This document shows positions 1-10,062 of a stretch of DNA of 64,000 nucleotides, one piece after another. The stretch is from an uncultured Gemmatimonadaceae bacterium (GTDB taxonomy: Bacteria > Gemmatimonadota > Gemmatimonadetes > Gemmatimonadales > Gemmatimonadaceae), in NCBI GenBank assembly GCA_963716745.1, contig OY970320.1, forward strand, positions 1,024,001-1,088,000. The letters run 5' to 3'. The notes beneath the pieces are model-generated. The model was not told the origin of the DNA. It worked only from the letters and a program-made list of their open reading frames with translations, and did not search any database. How positions within the stretch are numbered: position 1 is the first letter of the stretch; every line of letters begins with the position of its first letter. The translations under genes were made by a program, and so were the position numbers.

Positions 1-769
1 CGGTGAGATCGAGCACCTTGGTGCCGCCCGTCTCAGCTCCACTCTCCTGTTTCGGCTCGGCGATCCGCTCGGTGTCGCCCTTCTTGATCTTCCGGCGGAT
101 GAGCGCGAGCAGGTCGCGGTGGTACGAATCCACGAAGCCCGAAGGATCCCACTCGCCCGCGAGATCATCCACGAGACGTTTGGCGAGCTGCAGGTCCTTG
201 GCCGAGATGGCGGCCCCCTTCTTCCCGGCGGCGGGCAGATCGAGCCCCTTCGTACCGCGCAGCTCGCTCTCGTAGCGCATGATGTTGAGCATGAGCGCGG
301 GCCCGTTCACCACGATCGCGCACAGATGCTGCGTCGTGTGCATCACGATCTGTGCGACCGCGGCGAGCCCTGTGTCGCGGATCGTCTCGCGGAAGAGCAC
401 GTAGGCCTTTTCGCCGCGCTTGCCGGGCACGAGATAGTACGGTGTCTCGAAATACCAGGGCGGGATATCCTGCGCGGGTACGAAGTGTTCGATGTCGATC
501 GTCTGCGTCGCCTTGACGTTCGCTCGCTTGAAATCCGCGTCGCTGAGCACGACGTAGCGATCCTTCTCGTATTCGTGTCCCTTCACAATGTCGTTCCAGG
601 CCACCTCTTTGCCGCTGCGCTTGTTGTAGCGACGGTAGCCCACGGGCGACAGATCGTTCTTGTCGAGCATCGTGAAGGAGAACGCGCGGCGGTCCTCGGC
701 GGGATGGAGTTCCACCGGGACGCTGACGAGTCCGAAGGAGAGCGAGCCACTCCAGAGTGCACGGGCCAT
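1..769 (-). CDS. ku: Ku DNA end-binding protein (NHEJ), 3' end runs off the window
   Basis: Manual translation from ATG at 769: MARALWSGSLSFGLVSVPVELHPAED...IVKGHEYEKDRYVVLSDADF...YFETPYYLVPGKRGEKAYVLFRE, a typical bacterial Ku. Absent from the ORF track because no stop lies in the window. Confidence 0.95.
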   Translation of the reverse strand, partial: MARALWSGSLSFGLVSVPVELHPAEDRRAFSFTMLDKNDLSPVGYRRYNKRSGKEVAWNDIVKGHEYEKDRYVVLSDADFKRANVKATQTIDIEHFVPAQDIPPWYFETPYYLVPGKRGEKAYVLFRETIRDTGLAAVAQIVMHTTQHLCAIVVNGPALMLNIMRYESELRGTKGLDLPAAGKKGAAISAKDLQLAKRLVDDLAGEWDPSGFVDSYHRDLLALIRRKIKKGDTERIAEPKQESGAETGGTKVLDLT

Positions 770-795
770 GGGTCACCGAATGGTTCGCGGAGATG

Positions 796-839
796 AAAAA
801 AGGCGCGAGAGACCGGAGTGACCGATCTCATCGCGCCTT
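796..839 (-). terminator. Intrinsic terminator about 27 nt upstream of ku
   Basis: Minus strand AAGGCGCGA...TCGCGCCTT stem running into a T6 tract. Confidence 0.7.
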
Positions 840-845
840 CGACTC

Positions 846-934
846 GCGGCCCGCCTGCGCCGCGCGTCAAGGTGGCCGCCGAAGCGGCCTATTTCGTGCT
901 ACCCCAATATCGGGTGGCCGGTCCGGCCACGCAA
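846..934 (-). promoter_or_regulatory. Candidate sigma70 promoter plus structured 5' leader (possible riboswitch) of ku
   Basis: TTGCGT-17 nt-GATATT (934-906), then GGGGTAG...GGCCGC-TTCG-GCGGCC hairpin...GCAGGCGGGCCGC, followed by a terminator. Confidence 0.4.
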
Positions 935-942
935 CCCGATTA

Positions 943-1497
943 CTACTTCGTGATGTCGATCGCCGTCGCCTCGTTGTAACTCAGGATCATCTGGTCGCCT
1001 ATCTTTGCGCTGTTGAATGCCGTGACGCCAGGGTTCACTTTGAACGAATAGATCTTCCCGTTCGGATTGGCGAACGCGATGGTGCGGGTCTTCATGTCCA
1101 CGCCCGTGATCTTGCACACCACGTTCACGATCTTCACTTCATTGATGTCCGGCAGCCCGGCCGGTGTCACCGTGATCTTCTCAGGCGGCGCCGCGACCGA
1201 GGCATCGCCGGGGCGCCGCATCCAGAGCACCGTGGACTCCACGAACCTGACCGTCACCGTGTCGCCGACGTTCACCTTGAACTGATTGGTCGCGGCCGCC
1301 GGCAGCGTGAACTCATGCATTTGGCCGTTGGAGCCCTGCACCGTGAGCAGGTGCGCCTGGTAATCGTTGCCTAGCACGATCCCTTTCCAAACCGAGACAT
1401 CGCTCGGCACCTTCGGCTTCTCCTGCGCCACCGCGATCCCACATACCGCGACCAGTAGACCCGCCGCGATCCTGATCAATGCACGCATGGTGTTCAC
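943..1497 (-). CDS. Secreted hypothetical protein with two OB-fold-like repeats
   Basis: Signal peptide ending AVA-Q; repeated '...KVNVGDTVTVRF' and '...KIGDQMILSY' motifs. Confidence 0.65.
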   Translation of the reverse strand: MNTMRALIRIAAGLLVAVCGIAVAQEKPKVPSDVSVWKGIVLGNDYQAHLLTVQGSNGQMHEFTLPAAATNQFKVNVGDTVTVRFVESTVLWMRRPGDASVAAPPEKITVTPAGLPDINEVKIVNVVCKITGVDMKTRTIAFANPNGKIYSFKVNPGVTAFNSAKIGDQMILSYNEATAIDITK

Positions 1498-1554
1498 CGT
1501 GTAGTTGTAGTTGAAGGCAACAGCCGACAGCCAACAGCCAGCCGTTAGTCGCGG

Positions 1555-1764
1555 CTACCCTTCGTACTTGAAGGACACCTTCACCTTCGCCCGGTACGCC
1601 TCCACCTTGCCGTCCTTCATCGTCATGTCGAGCTGAGCGACTTCGGCCACGCGCAGCCCGCGGATCGTCTTCGCAGCGCGCTTCACCGCCGCGGCCGCCG
1701 CCTTCTCCCAGCTCTCGGTGCTCGTGCCAACCAATTCGATGACTTTGTAAACACTTTCCGCCAT
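1555..1764 (-). CDS. Dodecin-domain flavin-binding protein
   Basis: MAESVYKVIELVGTSTESWEKAAAAAV...YRAKVKVSFKYEG. Confidence 0.9.
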   Translation of the reverse strand: MAESVYKVIELVGTSTESWEKAAAAAVKRAAKTIRGLRVAEVAQLDMTMKDGKVEAYRAKVKVSFKYEG

Positions 1765-1946
1765 AAGAACCCCCGTAGTTCGCGTGTTCGAAGTTGCGCA
1801 TGCCGCGGCGCTTCCCGCTTGCCGCATCCCGCGCCGTTCGTCCCGCGTAGTATACGGAAGTCCCGGTATGCGCGCGACCTATTGACTCGCCCCCGCCGCG
1901 GAGCTTGAATATGCGGCGACTCTATTTCCGCTCTCTGAGGACCGAC

Positions 1947-2744
1947 ATGGCGCAGGCGCAGCTCCCCGTGATCCACCGCGGGTTCGGCGAAACGATGCGG
2001 ACCGACGCGTGGTGGATCAGGCCGGTGATCATCGTGATCGTGCTCGGCGGCTTCCTCGCCTATGCGAACTGGGCGGCTTGGCAGGGCGATCACTACCAGT
2101 TCGGGAACTACCTTTCGCCGTTCTATTCGCCGCTGCTCTTCGGCAGTTCGTCCTTCTCGTGGTTCGGCGCCCGACCCGCGTGGTTCCCGGCTTGGATCTC
2201 GCCGGCCCTCCTGATCCTCCCCTTTCCGGGTTTGTTTCGGGTCACCTGCTACTACTATAGAGGTGCGTATTACCGGTCCTTCTGGGCGGACCCCCCGGGC
2301 TGCGCCGTTGGCGAGCCCCGGAACACCTATCTGGGGGAGAAGTCATTTCCCCTCATTCTCCAGAACGTCCACCGCTATTTCCTGTATGCGGCGCTCATCT
2401 TCCTGGTGATCCTCGCCACGGATGTGTGGCGCGCACTCTGGTTCGCCGACCCGGCGACGGGCGTAGAGCATTTTGGCGTCGGCGTGGGCACGATCGTGCT
2501 CGCGGTGAACGTCGTCCTGCTCAGCTGTTACACATTCGGCTGTCATTCCCTGCGCCATATCGTTGGCGGTCATCTCGATTCGCTCGCCGGCCGCCCTGTT
2601 CGGCAAACTGCGTACGCCTGCTCGAGCTGCCTCAACCGCAAGCACATGTACTGGGCGTACGCGAGTCTCCTCTCGGTGGGATTCGCGGACATCTATGTCC
2701 GCCTCTGCTCCATGGGCATTTGGACGGACTGGAGGCTCTTCTAG
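1947..2744 (+). CDS. sdhC: Succinate dehydrogenase membrane anchor, mycobacterial Sdh1 (Rv0249c-like) type
   Basis: YLSPFYSP, RVTCYYYRGAYYRSFWADPPGCAV, QNVHRYF and GCHSLRH motifs; abuts sdhA. Confidence 0.85.
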   Translation: MAQAQLPVIHRGFGETMRTDAWWIRPVIIVIVLGGFLAYANWAAWQGDHYQFGNYLSPFYSPLLFGSSSFSWFGARPAWFPAWISPALLILPFPGLFRVTCYYYRGAYYRSFWADPPGCAVGEPRNTYLGEKSFPLILQNVHRYFLYAALIFLVILATDVWRALWFADPATGVEHFGVGVGTIVLAVNVVLLSCYTFGCHSLRHIVGGHLDSLAGRPVRQTAYACSSCLNRKHMYWAYASLLSVGFADIYVRLCSMGIWTDWRLF

Positions 2745-4562
2745 ATGGCCGAATTCGAAACACAGGATCACGACGTCCTCGTGATCGGCGCCGGCGGCGC
2801 CGGACTTCGCGCGGCCATCGAGGCCGCCAGCGCCGGCGTGAAAGTCGGCGTCGTCTGCAAATCCCTGCTCGGCAAGGCGCACACGGTGATGGCCGAAGGC
2901 GGCGTGGCGGCCGCGCTGGGCAACGTGGACGACCGCGACAACTGGCGCGTCCATTTCGCCGACACGATGCGCGGCGGACAGTATCTCAACAATTGGCGCA
3001 TGGCCGAATTGCACGCCAAAGAAGCGCCGGCGCGCGTGAACGAGCTCGAGGCGTGGGGCGCCGTGTTCGACCGCACTCCCGACGGCAAGATCCTCCAGCG
3101 CAATTTCGGCGGGCATCGATATCCCCGCCTCGCCCACGTGGGCGATCGCACCGGCCTCGAGATCATTCGCACGCTCCAAGACCATGCGATCCACCAGAAG
3201 GTGGACGTGTTCATGGAATGCACGGTGATCGCACTGCTCAGAGACGAGGGGCGGATCGCGGGCGCGCTGGGCTATGATCGCGAACGGGGTCGCTTCAAGC
3301 TCTGGCGCGCCAAGGCGGTGGTGCTCGCCACCGGCGGCATCGGAAAATCGTTCAGCGTCACCAGTAATTCGTGGGAGTACACGGGCGACGGCCACGCGCT
3401 CGCGTACGTGGCGGGCGCCGAGCTCGTGGACATGGAATTCGTGCAGTTCCATCCCACCGGCATGGTGTGGCCGCCGAGCGTGCGCGGACTGCTCGTGACG
3501 GAGGGCGTGCGCGGCGAGGGTGGCATCCTTACGAACAAGGATGGCCGCCGCTTCATGTTCGACTCGATCCCCGACAACTACAAGTCGCAGACCGCCACCG
3601 ACGAAGAGGAAGGCTGGCGCTACACGCAGGGCGACAAGAACGCGCGCCGCCCGCCCGAGCTGCTCACGCGCGACCACGTGGCGCGCTGCATCATGCGCGA
3701 GGTGCGCGAAGGGCGGGGGTCGCCGCACGGCGGCGTGTTCCTCGACATCTCGTGGATCAAGAACCGGATCCCCAACGCCGCCGAGCACATCCGCAAGAAA
3801 CTCCCGAGCATGTACCAGCAGTTCAAAGAACTCGCCGACATCGACATCACCGCGGAGCCGATGGAGGTGGGACCCACGACGCACTACATGATGGGCGGCG
3901 TGCGGGTGGATGGCGACACGCAAATGTCCACCGTGCCCGGGCTCTTCGCCGCGGGGGAAGTGGGCGCGGGACTACACGGCGCGAACCGGCTGGGCGGCAA
4001 TTCCCTCTCGGATCTCCTGGTGTTCGGCAAGCGCGCGGGCGAATTCGCCGCGAGGTTCTCGAAGGACCACAAACGCCCGATCGTGGACGCCCAGGACGCC
4101 GAGCGCGAGATGAAGACCGCGCTGCTGCCGTTCGAGCGCGAAGTGGCGAACGGTGAGGGGCCGTTCTCGATCCAGCATGACCTCCAAGGCGCGATGCAGG
4201 ACCTCGTGGGCATCGTGCGCGACGACACACACATGCGGAAGGCTCTCGACGCGATCGAGGCACTCAAGACGCGCACGAAGCGCGTGGCCGTGAGCGGGCA
4301 TCGCGAGTACAATCCGGGATGGCATACCGCGCTCGATCTTCGCAATCAACTCATTGTGAGCGAGGCGATCACGCGCGCGGCGATCGAACGGAAGGAGAGT
4401 CGCGGCGCACAGTTCCGCGAGGATTTTCCGGACAAGGATCCGGAGGCCGCGAAGTTCAACATCGTGGTTCGGCAAGGCGCGGGCCAGCGCATGGAGCTGC
4501 AGCGCCGCACGATCCCGCCGTTGCCCGCTGAGCTGGCCCAGATCATTGAGGAGATGAAGTGA
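2745..4562 (+). CDS. sdhA: Succinate dehydrogenase/fumarate reductase flavoprotein subunit
   Basis: GAGGAGLRAA, AHTVMAEGG (covalent FAD His), QFHPTG, HYMMGG, HGANRLGGNSL, ESRGA. Confidence 0.97.
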   Translation: MAEFETQDHDVLVIGAGGAGLRAAIEAASAGVKVGVVCKSLLGKAHTVMAEGGVAAALGNVDDRDNWRVHFADTMRGGQYLNNWRMAELHAKEAPARVNELEAWGAVFDRTPDGKILQRNFGGHRYPRLAHVGDRTGLEIIRTLQDHAIHQKVDVFMECTVIALLRDEGRIAGALGYDRERGRFKLWRAKAVVLATGGIGKSFSVTSNSWEYTGDGHALAYVAGAELVDMEFVQFHPTGMVWPPSVRGLLVTEGVRGEGGILTNKDGRRFMFDSIPDNYKSQTATDEEEGWRYTQGDKNARRPPELLTRDHVARCIMREVREGRGSPHGGVFLDISWIKNRIPNAAEHIRKKLPSMYQQFKELADIDITAEPMEVGPTTHYMMGGVRVDGDTQMSTVPGLFAAGEVGAGLHGANRLGGNSLSDLLVFGKRAGEFAARFSKDHKRPIVDAQDAEREMKTALLPFEREVANGEGPFSIQHDLQGAMQDLVGIVRDDTHMRKALDAIEALKTRTKRVAVSGHREYNPGWHTALDLRNQLIVSEAITRAAIERKESRGAQFREDFPDKDPEAAKFNIVVRQGAGQRMELQRRTIPPLPAELAQIIEEMK

Positions 4563-5326
4563 TGCCCACCGAGACCAAGGCGACCTTCAAGATCTGGCGC
4601 GGCGACCGGGACAAGGGCGCCCTCGTGGACTACACGATCCCGATCAGCGATGGCATGGTGGTTCTCGATGCGGTGCACCAGATCCAGGCCGAGCAGGCCA
4701 ACGATCTCGCGGTGCGCTGGAACTGCAAGGCCGGCAAATGCGGCTCATGCTCCGCGGAGGTGAATGGGCACCCGAGCCTACTCTGCATGACGCGGCTCAG
4801 CGATCTGGACCTCGAGAAGCCGGTGACGGTGGAGCCGATGCGCGCTTTCCCGCCCATCCGCGATCTCGTCACGGACGTCTCGTGGAACTATCGAGCGAAG
4901 AAAGGGATCAAGCCGTTCACGCCGCGCAAGCCGGATGCGCCCGATGGCACGTGGCGCATGCAGCAATCCGAAGTGGATCGCGTGCAGGAGTTCCGGAAGT
5001 GCATCGAGTGCTATCTTTGCCAGGACGTGTGCCACGTGCTGCGCGACCACGGCAAGCACGAGGAGTTCATCGGACCGCGCTTCTTCGTCTACTCGGCGGC
5101 GCTCGAGATGCATCCGCTGGATGTGGCCGATCGCGTGCCCGATCTGAAGGAGAGCCAGGGGATCGGGTACTGCAACATCACCAAGTGCTGCACCGAAGTG
5201 TGTCCCGAGCACATCACGATCACCGACAACGCGATCATCCCGCTGAAAGAGCGCGTCGTGGATGAATTCTTCGATCCCATCGGCAAGTTGGTGAAGATCT
5301 TCAGCCGGAAGAACGCCGGAGCCTGA
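4562..5326 (+). CDS. sdhB: Succinate dehydrogenase/fumarate reductase Fe-S subunit
   Basis: CKAGKCGSC, CIECYLCQDVC and CNITKCCTEVCP cysteine clusters. Confidence 0.96.
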   Translation: MPTETKATFKIWRGDRDKGALVDYTIPISDGMVVLDAVHQIQAEQANDLAVRWNCKAGKCGSCSAEVNGHPSLLCMTRLSDLDLEKPVTVEPMRAFPPIRDLVTDVSWNYRAKKGIKPFTPRKPDAPDGTWRMQQSEVDRVQEFRKCIECYLCQDVCHVLRDHGKHEEFIGPRFFVYSAALEMHPLDVADRVPDLKESQGIGYCNITKCCTEVCPEHITITDNAIIPLKERVVDEFFDPIGKLVKIFSRKNAGA

Positions 5327-5342
5327 GCGGCAGGAGGCTTGG

Positions 5343-5846
5343 ATGACGTTCCCGATCAAACCGATCTCCAAGAGCGGCATCGCGGCGGCGCTGATGAAGG
5401 CGGAGCGCTATCGTCTCATCAACGACCCGAGTGCGGCGGAGAGCATCTGCCTGGACGTGCTATCGGTCGAGCCCGACAACCAGCAGGCGCTGGTGGACAT
5501 GATCCTGTCGATCACCGATCAGTTCACCAAGGCGCCCGCGGTGGAGTACGGCCGGGCGATCGAGCACCTGCCCCGGCTGCAGGACGAGTACAAACGCGCG
5601 TACTACGAAGGGATCATCTGCGAGCGGCGCGCACGCGCCCATCTCGCGCTCGGTGCGCCGGGCGCCGCCGAGATGGCGTACGACTGGATACGGCGCGCCA
5701 TGGCGCACTACGAGCGCGCCGAGAAACTCCGGCCGCACGGGAACGACGAGGCCATTCTGCGCTGGAACACCTGCGTGCGGATATTGGAGCGAGACAAGCA
5801 TCTGCGCCCCGGCATTGAGCAGGAGTACGAGCCGAGCTTCGAGTAG
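5343..5846 (+). CDS. Helical (TPR-like) hypothetical protein, probably co-transcribed with sdh
   Basis: GGAGG RBS; AESICLDVL, YYEGIICERR and ILRWNTC motifs; 17 bp after sdhB. Confidence 0.75.
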   Translation: MTFPIKPISKSGIAAALMKAERYRLINDPSAAESICLDVLSVEPDNQQALVDMILSITDQFTKAPAVEYGRAIEHLPRLQDEYKRAYYEGIICERRARAHLALGAPGAAEMAYDWIRRAMAHYERAEKLRPHGNDEAILRWNTCVRILERDKHLRPGIEQEYEPSFE

Positions 5847-5850
5847 CGCG

Positions 5851-6865
5851 CTACGGCGCGCGAGCGCACTTCGCCGATCCGGCGAGTTGGATACTGGTGC
5901 CGCTGAATCCGAGGCCCACGTGAAGCCGGACGAGAGTGACTGAAGCCGCCGGCTGCGGCTGAACGTTCGATCCCACGATCGTGCCCAGGCGTGCCTGGTC
6001 GCTATCGGACATGCCGCTCGAGCCGACGGCCACCTTGATGGGTGAACCAGTGGAATCGAAGGTCACTGTCACGTCGGCGCCGCCGCGCGCGAGCGGTGGA
6101 GAAACGCCATTGAGGAGCATGACCGTGAGCGCCGTGTCGACGTAGTCGCTCACGGCGCCGCGCGGCGCGGGCGTGGTGTCGCGGCACGGCTCCGAGACTA
6201 AAGCAGTTCCGGCGCCGCCATCCGCCCCCGCGTCGAGACCTTCGAAATGAGCGGTCCAGAAGACCTGCCGAAGCGACATGAGGTCGGACTTGTAGGTGCT
6301 ATTGATCCAGATGTATGCGCTAGGGAGATTGCCGACCGAAGCCCACCGGATCACGGCGAGATAGTGCCGGCCGACATCACTGCCGTTCGTCATCGCGGCA
6401 GCCTCCTTGTCCCATTTCCATGTGGTGATCTCCGCGGGCCGGCCCGCAATGACCGTCGTGCACGACGATTCCAACGTATGGTCGTAGGAGGCGCCGCCGG
6501 TCGACAGGCCGCGTCCCAGTGACTGCATTCCTCCGCCGTTGACCTCGTTCCCGCCGCCGGCAACGCTGTAGTAGAACGTCTGCGGCACGGATATGCCCTG
6601 GTCGCCGATCACAAGCCCGATGAAACGGTTGCCGGCACGGTATGTCGCGGCGCGGCCGCCACTCGATCCGGCGAACTTGTACGCGCTGGGGACCTTGAGA
6701 CCCAGCGCCTGTAGCGTGGCGGGCGTCCACTTCGCCGTATCGTCGTGCGGCACCGTGCACATGTTGTCACCGCTCGCCACGATCGCTACGTGGCGCTCCG
6801 CGTCTCCGGGCAGGGCGGCGGCGAACGATCAGCATCGAGACTGGAAGGACGGCGAAAAGGCGCAT
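5851..6865 (-). CDS. Secreted hypothetical protein (frameshift near N-terminus)
   Basis: Signal-like MRLFAVLPVSMLI at 6865 joins the 309-aa ORF after an indel. Confidence 0.55.
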
Positions 6866-6953
6866 GGCAGACTCTGCCCGGCAGTTGGGGTCGGCGCCAA
6901 ACATATGGCCCAGCCGCCGTCGCCGCACCATCGATCCATTGCGCGAAGAACCC

Positions 6954-7538
6954 TCAGAGCGCCGCCTTCGCTCCGTCGCCTTTCGTGTACGAGATTGCTC
7001 GTCTTCTTCCCGCCCGTGACCGCCTGCACGATGTTCACCTGGTCATCGAAGAGATCACAGAGCATCTGATCGGAGACTCGCGCGCTGGACGGGACCTTGG
7101 CTGCCCGCACGCAAAGGAAGGTGACGTCGCCTTCCTCGCGCGTGCCGCACGACGTCCAGGCTATCACACGACCGGATGCGTCCGCGAGCTGGAACGTGGC
7201 GGCGAGATACGCGAACGCCGCCGCATCATCCATCGGACGGGATGATCCCGAGCGCTTGGCCACCGCCAGCGCGAGATCGCTCGTGAAGACACGAATGCTC
7301 GCGTCGAGCTGCAACGAGACAGGATCGTAGTTCATCTGCGCGAGCGTCGTGTGCAGCGGATGCGCCTCGGCGCTCCCGCACCAGGATGCCAGACAGGATC
7401 ACGCGTGGCAGAGATCGCCAAATGAGCCTTCCGCCGCGAGCAGTTCCAATCATGTCAATCATGTTAATCCTGTCCAATGCGGTTGTTCGTGAACTGCTTT
7501 GACAGGATTAACATGATTGACATGATTGGAACTACCAC
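6954..7538 (-). CDS. DUF6702-like periplasmic protein (frameshifted, start uncertain)
   Basis: AEA-HPLHTTLAQMNY...SIRVFTSDL...DDQVNIVQ...TKGDGAKAAL*; follows the HupE/UreJ gene. Confidence 0.65.
7443..7533. repeat. Palindromic element family B (9-bp AATCATGTY/AATCCTGTC units, then inverted)
   Basis: gttccaatcatgtcaatcatgttaatcctgtc...gacaggattaacatgattgacatgattggaac; second copy near 26908. Confidence 0.85.
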
Positions 7539-8138
7539 GGCGCGCGCTCGATGGCCCATCGGGCGGCGATGACGGCCACCACGGCGGAAACGGCGACAAC
7601 ACGCAAGCCTGAGCGGCGTCGGCGATCGTGCGGGCAACTTCAGTCTCGCGATCGTCCTGTCCACCACATGGAACAGCGTGAACGCGAGGAGCAACACCAC
7701 GATCTGTCCGCACTCGATGCCCACGTTGAAGCCGAACAAGGGGAGCGCCACGTTGTCCACGAAGAGACTCTTCAAGTACGTCGCGAAACCGGCGCCGTGC
7801 ACGAGGCCGAACAGGCCCGCGAAAATCACGCGATAGCGGCCGCCCCACAGCGCGGCGCCACGGTCGGGCACCGCGAGATTCTCCACCGCCGTCGCGACGA
7901 TCGTGAGCGGGATCAGGAATTCCACGATGTCGCTCGGGATCGACAACGCGCCCGTGACCGCCAGTGCGAGCGTGATCGAGTGGCCGATCGTGAACGCGGT
8001 GATCACCCAGAGCGTCTGCCGCCAGTCGCTCACCCGATAGATCGCGGCGAGCACGAGGAGAAAGAGGATGTGATCCATCGCGCCGGCATCCACGATGTGC
8101 CGGAAGCCGAGCTGCACGAACGTCGCGAATTCGCTCAT
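7532..8138 (-). CDS. HupE/UreJ family membrane protein (frameshift near C-terminus)
   Basis: LGFRHI...DHILFL...TAFTIGHSITL...FGLVHGAGFA...FGFNVGIECGQ; true end WAIERAPW* at 7532. Confidence 0.88.
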
Positions 8139-9396
8139 CGGGCCCCCGCGACGTACAGGTCGGGATCGATCGCACGTGCCCGTGCCATCTCGCCGGCCGC
8201 CTCGCGCGCGCGGCCGAGCGCCGCATCGATCGCGGCCGCGTGATAGAACAGCATCTCATCCTTGGTGCCGAGTGCGAGCGCGTGCGTCATCATCTCGCGC
8301 GCTTCCGCGTCGCGGCCCTTCTTGTGCAGCGCCCACGCGACGACATCGTAACCATAGATGTCGCGCCGCGTCGCAAGATCTTCCTGCGACCGTGCGAGCA
8401 CGTAGTCGGTGCGCCGGCCATGATCCAGCAGGAACAGACTCCACGCGCGATGGTACGCCGTGGCCTGGCGTGAGACCGCCACCTCCATCGCTCTCGCGTT
8501 CTCCTCGGCGCGCACGCGGTCGCCGAGCGCCGCATACGCGTCGCTCATCGTACCGAGCGTCGCCGGATCGAGACTCTGCGCCACCGCGCGCGATCCGAAG
8601 TCGATCGCGCTCTGCCAATGGCGCTGCGCTGCCTCGACGCGTGCCATCGCGGCGAGCAGCCGGTAGTCCTCGGCGTGCACCTGCAGGCCGCGGTCGTACG
8701 CGTTGCGCGCGTCGGCGAATAGCCCGCGCCGGAACTGCACATCGCCGATCCGCAGCCAGAACCACGCCTGCTGCTCGGCCGGCACATCTTTCCGGTCGAG
8801 GATCTGCAATAGCGACCCGTTCAGGAGCCGGTACGATTCTTCAGGCCGCCCCTGCAGCTCAGCCCAGCGCGCGAGGCGCGGCGCGACGGAGAGGTCGTTC
8901 GTCTTTCCGGCTACCGACGGCGAACGATGCGCGCGCCGAGTCATACTGGCCCAATTCCATTCGGATCTCACCGAGCGATGCGCGGAACGCCGCGTTCGAC
9001 GGATCGCGATCGGCCAGCTCGCGCGCGATACTGAGTGCGTCGGTGAATCGGTGCTCCGAGAGAAGCGACGACGCGAGCGCCTGGTGCGCCTTGGTATTGT
9101 GCGCCGAGCGGTTCGCGAGCGAGCGCCGCGCGGCTTCCTCGGCGCGCAGCACGTCCTCGTAGTCTCCCGTCGCGCGCGCGCGGCGCATGTACATGAGCGC
9201 GAGCGTGCCGGGCGCCATGGCGCCGGTGGGATCGCGTCGGGCGACGCCTTCGTAGAAGACGATGTTCGAATCGAGTATTGCTGCGGGCGACGGGCGGGCG
9301 TGCGGCCGCGATGGGCTTCGCGGCGTGCGACAGACTCATCGCGATCGCCGCACAGAGCCCAATGGAGCTCGCGATCAATAGTGGCTTGCGAATCAT
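8135..9396 (-). CDS. Secreted TPR-repeat protein (several frameshifts)
   Basis: Signal peptide MIRKPLLIASSIG...; TPR helices in ORFs 8859-9218 and 8135-8971. Confidence 0.8.
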
Positions 9397-9409
9397 GAGT
9401 GCCTCCGAC

Positions 9410-9490
9410 GTTCGGGACTCGGGACTCGGGACTCGCCGCGGGACGCGCGTCCCGATTCCCGCGGCGAGTCCCGAGCCCCGAATCCCGAAC
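9410..9490. repeat. Palindromic element family C (GGGACTC heptamers, then inverted)
   Basis: cgggactcgggactcgggactcgccgcggga...tcccgcggcgagtcccgagccccgaatcccg. Confidence 0.85.
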
Positions 9491-9494
9491 GCGA

Positions 9495-10028
9495 TCAAGC
9501 TGGTGGTTTCAGGTAGGGGAACGTCGACGTATGCCGCATGGGATCAGCGACGTTGTCCGTGCACAAGGGGAGCGCAAAATTCGCGCACACTTGATGCCCC
9601 GGGTCTCCAAGCAGCGGACCAAAGATCGCCGTCAGTCCGGCGTCCACGACGTCGTCGCTCGTGTTGCGCCCGCCCCAGCCGTCCGCCAGCGCCCAACTCA
9701 GCCAGCCCGAGGTGTTCGTGGGCTTGTCGAGCTGTACGATCAGCATGTCGGGCAGCAGCACCGCCGCGAGCGTGTGACCGATGATCGTGTCGCGGCCGAA
9801 GGCCGTCGGGAATGCTTTCACCGTGCTCGCGAACGCGGCCACATCGCTAGCGGGTCCGATCGACCCGTGGAACGCGTGATCGCGCTTCATCAGGAACACC
9901 TCGCTCACGAGCGGATTCCCCAGGCGCTGCACCTGGTCATATGCGCGCGTCGTGGGCGCGGTGGTGTTCGAATTGTCGCTGCAGGCGGCGAGCGCCAGCG
10001 CCGCAACGATGAGGGCCGCATGTCGCAT
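9495..10028 (-). CDS. DUF4331-family lipoprotein (C-terminal-half-like)
   Basis: Lipobox LAAC; QVQRLGNPLVSEV, LLPDML, GGRNTSDDVVD, FPYL. Confidence 0.75.
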   Translation of the reverse strand: MRHAALIVAALALAACSDNSNTTAPTTRAYDQVQRLGNPLVSEVFLMKRDHAFHGSIGPASDVAAFASTVKAFPTAFGRDTIIGHTLAAVLLPDMLIVQLDKPTNTSGWLSWALADGWGGRNTSDDVVDAGLTAIFGPLLGDPGHQVCANFALPLCTDNVADPMRHTSTFPYLKPPA

Positions 10029-10062
10029 GGATCGATTCCTCGTCAGGATATGGGTGGTCATG

